Source: a virus
DNA length: 41,029 bases
Strand: one strand, 5' to 3'
UHGV virus genome: UHGV-0145872
Positions 36,647 to 41,029 of the stretch are shown here, in pieces (the first letter of the stretch is position 1; each line of letters begins with the position of its first letter). Made by a program: the position numbers and the translations under genes. The notes beneath the pieces were generated by a model that saw only the letters and a list, made by a program, of their open reading frames with translations, ran no database searches and was not told where the DNA came from.

Positions 36647-38073
36647 TTATGGGAAACCTGAATGAAACAGAAAAGTGGGAAGAAAAAATCTATCAACTGG
36701 AGACATCAGATCCGGTTCTGGGTGGTGCTGACGGGATATCAAATCGAGCCCCCCGGCAACTGGCAAACAGGACGAAATGGCTGAAGAAAAAAACGGAGGA
36801 AGCCGCACAGTCACTGGCTGAACACGTACGTTCCCGTAACCACCCGGACGCGACACTGACAGCTAAGGGGTTCACCCAACTGAGCAGTGCCACCAACAGC
36901 ACCTCTGAAACGCTGGCCGCCACACCAAAAGCCGTCAAGGCTGCATACGACCTTGCAGCCGGCAAGGCACCCGTCAGTCACACTCACCCGTGGAGTCAGA
37001 TAACGGGAGTGCCTGCTGCCTCGCTGACGGCAAAAGGCACCGTACAACTGAGCAGCGCCACGGACAGTCAATCAGAAACTGAGGCTGCCACGCCGAAGGC
37101 TGTGAAAATCGCGTATGATCTGGCCCGGGGAAAATACACAGCCCAGGATGCAACAACGACCCGTAAAGGGATCGTACAACTGAGCAGTGCCACCAACAGC
37201 ACCTCTGAAACGCTGGCCGCCACACCAAAGGCCGTCAAGGCTGCATATGACCTGGCTGCCGGCAAGGCCCCCGTCAGCCACACTCACCCGTGGAGTCAGA
37301 TAACGGGAGTGCCTGCTGCCTCGCTGACGGCAAAAGGCACCATACAATTGAGCAGTGCCATCAACAGCACGTCTGAAATACTGGCCGCCACACCGAAAGC
37401 GGTCAAGGCTGCATACGATCTGGCAAACGGAAAACAACCGGCAGATGCCACGCTCACTGCTCTGGCAGGACTTGCCACTGCAGCAGATCGGTTGCCTTAT
37501 TTTACCGGAGCAGACCGCGCAGCGCTGGCAACCCTTACAGCTATTGGTCGCGCTATTATCGCTAAGGGCAGTATAAAAGATGTCCTCAATTACCTTGGTT
37601 TGGGGGAAGGCTCTGCATTGCCTGTTGGTGTGCCTGTTCCGTGGCCCACCGCCACACCGCCAGCAGGCTGGTTACAGTGCAACGGAGCTACGTTCACCAA
37701 AGAACAATATCCTGTTCTGGCCAGAGTCTACCCGACCCTCCGTCTTCCCGATTTACGCGGTGAGTTTATCCGTGGATGGGACGACGGGCGCAAGATTGAC
37801 GAGGGGCGTAAGTTGCTTTCATGGCAGAAAGGTACACTGGTCGGCGGTCATGACGATAACGATTCTTCGCTGGATATCTCGTACATGAGTAACGGAAATA
37901 ATATTGACTATGGCGGCGATAAGGTGTTTGCGGGGAATTACCGTAGCGATTATTTGTGGTACGCAATTCTGGGTGGAACAAACAGTCGCGCAAAAGCCGA
38001 ATTAAACGGAGCATTCTTTAACATAACCCGCCCCCGCAATATCGCGTTTAACTATATCGTGAGGGCGGCGTGA
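36643..38073 (+). CDS. tail fibre protein: constant shaft with repeats plus currently fused C-terminal collar-domain cassette 1
   Basis: 476 aa; repeated fibre motif (QLSSATNSTSETLAATPKAVKAAYDLA) three to four times; C-terminal about 150 aa beginning PVPWPTATPPAGWLQCNG...YP.L...LPDLRGEFIRGWDDGR resembles the phage tail-collar receptor-binding domain. Confidence 0.8.
   Translation: MIMGNLNETEKWEEKIYQLETSDPVLGGADGISNRAPRQLANRTKWLKKKTEEAAQSLAEHVRSRNHPDATLTAKGFTQLSSATNSTSETLAATPKAVKAAYDLAAGKAPVSHTHPWSQITGVPAASLTAKGTVQLSSATDSQSETEAATPKAVKIAYDLARGKYTAQDATTTRKGIVQLSSATNSTSETLAATPKAVKAAYDLAAGKAPVSHTHPWSQITGVPAASLTAKGTIQLSSAINSTSEILAATPKAVKAAYDLANGKQPADATLTALAGLATAADRLPYFTGADRAALATLTAIGRAIIAKGSIKDVLNYLGLGEGSALPVGVPVPWPTATPPAGWLQCNGATFTKEQYPVLARVYPTLRLPDLRGEFIRGWDDGRKIDEGRKLLSWQKGTLVGGHDDNDSSLDISYMSNGNNIDYGGDKVFAGNYRSDYLWYAILGGTNSRAKAELNGAFFNITRPRNIAFNYIVRAA
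36878..37350 (+). repeat. about 170 bp near-identical direct repeats (period 300 bp) within tail fibre shaft
   Basis: 36878-37050 and 37178-37350 differ at only a few positions; encode repeated fibre motifs. Confidence 0.7.
37583..37608 (-). other. candidate invertase crossover site A (12-2-12, inside tail fibre gene)
   Basis: Minus strand reads TTCCCCCAAACC-AA-GGTAATTGAGGA; left half matches the hix/gix/cix-like half-site pattern TTxxCxxAAACC; lies at the constant/variable junction of the fibre. Confidence 0.55.
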
Positions 38074-38079
38074 TACCGT

Positions 38080-38694
38080 TCAGCTGGCAAGTGCCAGTGG
38101 CGCTTCCGGCCAGCTGATTTCAGGTGCCGTGCTGATATCCAGTGCGTTCAGCTCGTCGATATAATCCAGCACGGCGTTCAGTTTTGCCGTTTCTTCTGGT
38201 GTCAGACTGCGACCAGCACGCAGTTTGAGGTTGATAAGATCGACGGACGCCATCGCCTGTTTCACCCGTTGCTGGCGTTGCTGTCTGGCAACCTCCAGTT
38301 CTGCGGCTCGCTGCCGTTCAGTATCGGTTACCCACGCCTCACCGTTCCAGGTATCCCATGGCGTGGCCGGCTGTTTTGTGGTGGTGTCCGCCGGGTAATC
38401 ACCCGGTTGGGTAATCAGAACGGGGTTACCGTTCTCCGTGCTGTATACCGTCTCGCCGCGGTGATCAGGCACATGCTCCCACCCGTTCAGCGTGGCAGTC
38501 CGGCAAACCACGTAACCCGAAATTGCCTCCGGCGGTGCATCGGCGCACGAATGTGCCGGAGTACCCACCCCAAGGGCGAGATACTCCACAGAGGATGAGG
38601 TGTATTCCCGGGTTTCCTCGTCATAGTGATATACAGTGATCTCGCCCGCTACAGTGGCGATACCGTTTTCATCCAGAACTGCAGTGTTACTCAT
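38080..38694 (-). CDS. tail fibre assembly protein (Tfa / Mu U family)
   Basis: 204 aa; C-terminal LNAVLDYIDELNALDISTAPEISWPEAP is the conserved Tfa-family tail; translationally coupled to cassette 2 on the minus strand. Confidence 0.75.
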   Translation of the reverse strand: MSNTAVLDENGIATVAGEITVYHYDEETREYTSSSVEYLALGVGTPAHSCADAPPEAISGYVVCRTATLNGWEHVPDHRGETVYSTENGNPVLITQPGDYPADTTTKQPATPWDTWNGEAWVTDTERQRAAELEVARQQRQQRVKQAMASVDLINLKLRAGRSLTPEETAKLNAVLDYIDELNALDISTAPEISWPEAPLALAS

Positions 38695-39227
38695 TAAACT
38701 GCCCTCACAATGTAATTAAGTGCAATGCTACGGGGTCTGACAGTGATACCCTTCGCATACCCGCTTCTGATAGAGGTCAGAATAGTAGCCTGCATACCAT
38801 TGTCTGACATTGCCACGACAGGATCGCTGAATGTTGTCCCGTCCGGCATTTTAAAGCTGCCCTCACGAAGGTCTGTAATGGAATCTTCATTGTTGAATCC
38901 CATGCCGACTATCCCCGAGGTTCCCGTAGTGTCCTGGTTATAATAATCCAGCATTGCTGTTCTTAACAGCGTTGCCCCTTGTGCGGACAGCAACTTACGT
39001 CCTGTATCAACTTTGCGCCCGTCGTCCCATCCACGGATAAACTCACCGCGTAAATCGGGAAGACGGAGGGTCGGGTAGACTCTGGCCAGAACAGGATATT
39101 GTTCTTTGGTGAACGTAGCTCCGTTGCACTGTAACCAGCCTGCTGGCGGTGTGGCGGTGGGCCACGGAACAGGCACACCAACGGGTAGCGCCGAGCCTTC
39201 TCCTAAACCAACGTTTTTATGCGGCCC
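38694..39227 (-). CDS. silent alternative tail-fibre C-terminal cassette 2 (collar domain, no start codon of its own)
   Basis: Begins ...NVGLGEGSALPVGVPVPWPTATPPAGWLQCNG..., near-identical to the junction in the expressed fibre, then diverges, then ends with the conserved ...NYIVRAV; frame open from crossover site B. Confidence 0.65.
   Translation of the reverse strand, partial: GPHKNVGLGEGSALPVGVPVPWPTATPPAGWLQCNGATFTKEQYPVLARVYPTLRLPDLRGEFIRGWDDGRKVDTGRKLLSAQGATLLRTAMLDYYNQDTTGTSGIVGMGFNNEDSITDLREGSFKMPDGTTFSDPVVAMSDNGMQATILTSIRSGYAKGITVRPRSIALNYIVRAV
39198..39223 (+). other. candidate invertase crossover site B
   Basis: TTCTCCTAAACC-AA-CGTTTTTATGCG; same 12-2-12 architecture and conserved left half-site; opposite orientation to site A. 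Confidence 0.55.
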
Positions 39228-39732
39228 TTACGATGTAATTAAACGCAACATTGCGGGGGCGCATTGATATCCATGCCCCGGTAAAATTATCCTCCGCTGT
39301 CCTTTGAATACCCGTTATAGAGTTATCTGCTGATGCAGGAACATAATCGCTATTATTTCCTGCTTTAGGATTAGCTGGGTTTCCAACGGTTATAACAGAA
39401 TCAGCAGTAGCAAAAGCGATACCTACTTTGACATTAGTATTCAGATCGTAACCGTAATAATCCTGCAAAGCTGTACGAATAAATGTTGCAGCCTGACCAC
39501 TTAGCAATGAACGCCCCGTATCAACTTTGCGCCCGTCGTCCCATCCACGGATAAACTCACCGCGCAAATCGGGAAGACGGAGGGTCGGGTAGACTCTGGC
39601 CAGAACAGGATATTGTTCTTTTGTAAAGGCGCGCCCGTCGCACTTTAACCAGCCTGCTGGCGGTGTGGCGGTGGGCCATGGAACAGGCACACCAACAGGC
39701 AGTGCAGAGCCTTCCCCCAAACCAACGTTTAT
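39217..39732 (-). CDS. silent alternative tail-fibre C-terminal cassette 3 (collar domain)
   Basis: Begins EINVGLGEGSALPVGVPVPWPTATPPAGWLKCDG... and ends ...NVAFNYIVRAA; frame open from crossover site C; its stop lies inside site B. Confidence 0.65.
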   Translation of the reverse strand: MNVGLGEGSALPVGVPVPWPTATPPAGWLKCDGRAFTKEQYPVLARVYPTLRLPDLRGEFIRGWDDGRKVDTGRSLLSGQAATFIRTALQDYYGYDLNTNVKVGIAFATADSVITVGNPANPKAGNNSDYVPASADNSITGIQRTAEDNFTGAWISMRPRNVAFNYIVRAA

Positions 39733-39737
39733 CTCTC
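39712..39737 (+). other. candidate invertase crossover site C (adjacent to invertase gene)
   Basis: TTCCCCCAAACC-AA-CGTTTATCTCTC; left half identical to site A; about 55 bp upstream of the invertase start, as gix/cix sites sit next to gin/cin. Confidence 0.55.
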
Positions 39738-39791
39738 AAATCCTCCCCACATTATCTCAGTACTTTAACCACTCAAAAGGGAGTATTTTTA

Positions 39792-40261
39792 ATGCTGATT
39801 GGCTACATACGTGTGTCAACAAATGACCAAAACACAGATTTGCAACGCAATGCATTAATGTGCGCAGGATGTGAACAGATTTTTGAGGACAAAATGAGCG
39901 GAACCAAGTCGGAACGACCAGGCCTGAAACGCGCTTTAAAGTGCCTTAAAAGAGGGGATACATTGGTGGTCTGGAAGCTGGATCGGTTGGGTAGAAGAAT
40001 GAAACACCTCATTGCTCTCACAGAAGAGCTACGCGCAAAAGGTGTCAATTTTCGCAGTCTGACGGATTCAATCGATACCAGCACTCCGATGGGAAGGTTC
40101 TTTTTTCATATGATGGGTGCACTGGCAGAAATGGAGCGTGAACTGATAGTTGAGCGCACGCTGGCAGGACTGGCTGCTGCGCGAGCACAAGGAAGAGTTG
40201 GAGGACGTCGCCCGAAACTGACGAAGGAGCAGCATGAGCAGATCGCAAGATTGCTCCAGAA
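39792..40261 (+). pseudogene. Gin/Cin/Pin-family serine DNA invertase, 3' end truncated by IS26 insertion
   Basis: N-terminus MLIGYIRVSTNDQNTDLQRNALMCAGCEQIFEDK... is near-identical to Gin/Pin as recalled, with the catalytic Ser in RVSTNDQ; after about 157 codons (…RRPKLTKEQHEQIARLLQK) the frame runs into the IS26 inverted repeat and ends after 16 IS-derived residues; the C-terminal HTH domain is missing. Confidence 0.8.
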
Positions 40262-41029
40262 GGCACTGTTGCAAATAGTCGGTGGTGATAAACTTATCAT
40301 CCCCTTTTGCTGATGGAGCTGCACATGAACCCATTCAAAGGCCGGCATTTTCAGCGTGACATCATTCTGTGGGCCGTACGCTGGTACTGCAAATACGGCA
40401 TCAGTTACCGTGAGCTGCAGGAGATGCTGGCTGAACGCGGAGTGAATGTCGATCACTCCACGATTTACCGCTGGGTTCAGCGTTATGCGCCTGAAATGGA
40501 AAAACGGCTGCGCTGGTACTGGCGTAACCCTTCCGATCTTTGCCCGTGGCACATGGATGAAACCTACGTGAAGGTCAATGGCCGCTGGGCGTATCTGTAC
40601 CGGGCCGTCGACAGCCGGGGCCGCACTGTCGATTTTTATCTCTCCTCCCGTCGTAACAGCAAAGCTGCATACCGGTTTCTGGGTAAAATCCTCAACAACG
40701 TGAAGAAGTGGCAGATCCCGCGATTCATCAACACGGATAAAGCGCCCGCCTATGGTCGCGCGCTTGCTCTGCTCAAACGCGAAGGCCGGTGCCCGTCTGA
40801 CGTTGAACACCGACAGATTAAGTACCGGAACAACGTGATTGAATGCGATCATGGCAAACTGAAACGGATAATCGGCGCCACGCTGGGATTTAAATCCATG
40901 AAGACGGCTTACGCCACCATCAAAGGTATTGAGGTGATGCGTGCACTACGCAAAGGCCAGGCCTCAGCATTTTATTATGGTGATCCCCTGGGCGAAATGC
41001 GCCTGGTAAGCAGAGTTTTTGAAATGTAA
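40262..41029 (+). mobile_element. IS26 (IS6 family), partial: left inverted repeat and complete transposase gene; right end lies beyond the window
   Basis: 14 bp terminal inverted repeat GGCACTGTTGCAAA at 40262-40275, followed by the characteristic IS26 leader and the Tnp26 ORF; the 820 bp element would end at about 41081. Confidence 0.9.
40325..41029 (+). CDS. tnpA: IS26 transposase Tnp26 (234 aa)
   Basis: Protein MNPFKGRHFQRDIILWAVRWYCKYGISYRELQEMLAERGVNVDHSTIYRWVQRYAPEMEKRLRWYWR...GEMRLVSRVFEM matches IS26 transposase as I recall it; stop codon at the window end. Confidence 0.9.
   Translation: MNPFKGRHFQRDIILWAVRWYCKYGISYRELQEMLAERGVNVDHSTIYRWVQRYAPEMEKRLRWYWRNPSDLCPWHMDETYVKVNGRWAYLYRAVDSRGRTVDFYLSSRRNSKAAYRFLGKILNNVKKWQIPRFINTDKAPAYGRALALLKREGRCPSDVEHRQIKYRNNVIECDHGKLKRIIGATLGFKSMKTAYATIKGIEVMRALRKGQASAFYYGDPLGEMRLVSRVFEM

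Noticed and set aside
40262-41029. IS26-associated antibiotic resistance cargo
   Set aside because: Only the IS26 left end and transposase are inside the window; no resistance gene is visible and anything beyond 41029 cannot be assessed

Overview
The window is dominated by a roughly 37 kb Mu-like transposable prophage (about 2.4/3.5 kb to beyond 40.3 kb), flanked on the left by AT-rich DNA and cut on the right by a copy of IS26. Its layout is not Mu-collinear: a leftward early arm (11.8 kb down to 3.5 kb, minus strand: small HTH protein, wHTH protein, DDE transposase, AAA+ B-like ATPase, Gam, GemA, Mor) and a rightward late arm (14.6 to 38.1 kb, plus strand: holin-like protein, SLT endolysin, Rz with embedded Rz1, terminase, portal, Mu F/G/I/T-like head genes, sheath, tube, frameshifted chaperone, tape measure, baseplate, tail fibre) diverge from a central immunity region with an XRE-type repressor. 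From memory this resembles the BcepMu/SalMu type of organisation, but I could not verify that. The most interesting loci are (1) two membrane-protein genes co-transcribed with the repressor plus an antisense P-loop gene, sitting between immunity and lysis, which I propose as a candidate lysogen-expressed exclusion or abortive-infection module; and (2) a multi-cassette tail-fibre inversion switch with three crossover sites and three alternative receptor-binding cassettes, whose Gin/Pin-family invertase has been truncated by IS26, so the switch is probably frozen. Other points are a perfect 3 x 261 bp tandem repeat in the tape measure gene, a probable +1 frameshift in the tail chaperone, and a direct-repeat cluster that may mark the prophage left end. 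All calls rest on reading the translated ORFs and the DNA by eye; no database search was run and the protein family names are recalled, not checked.
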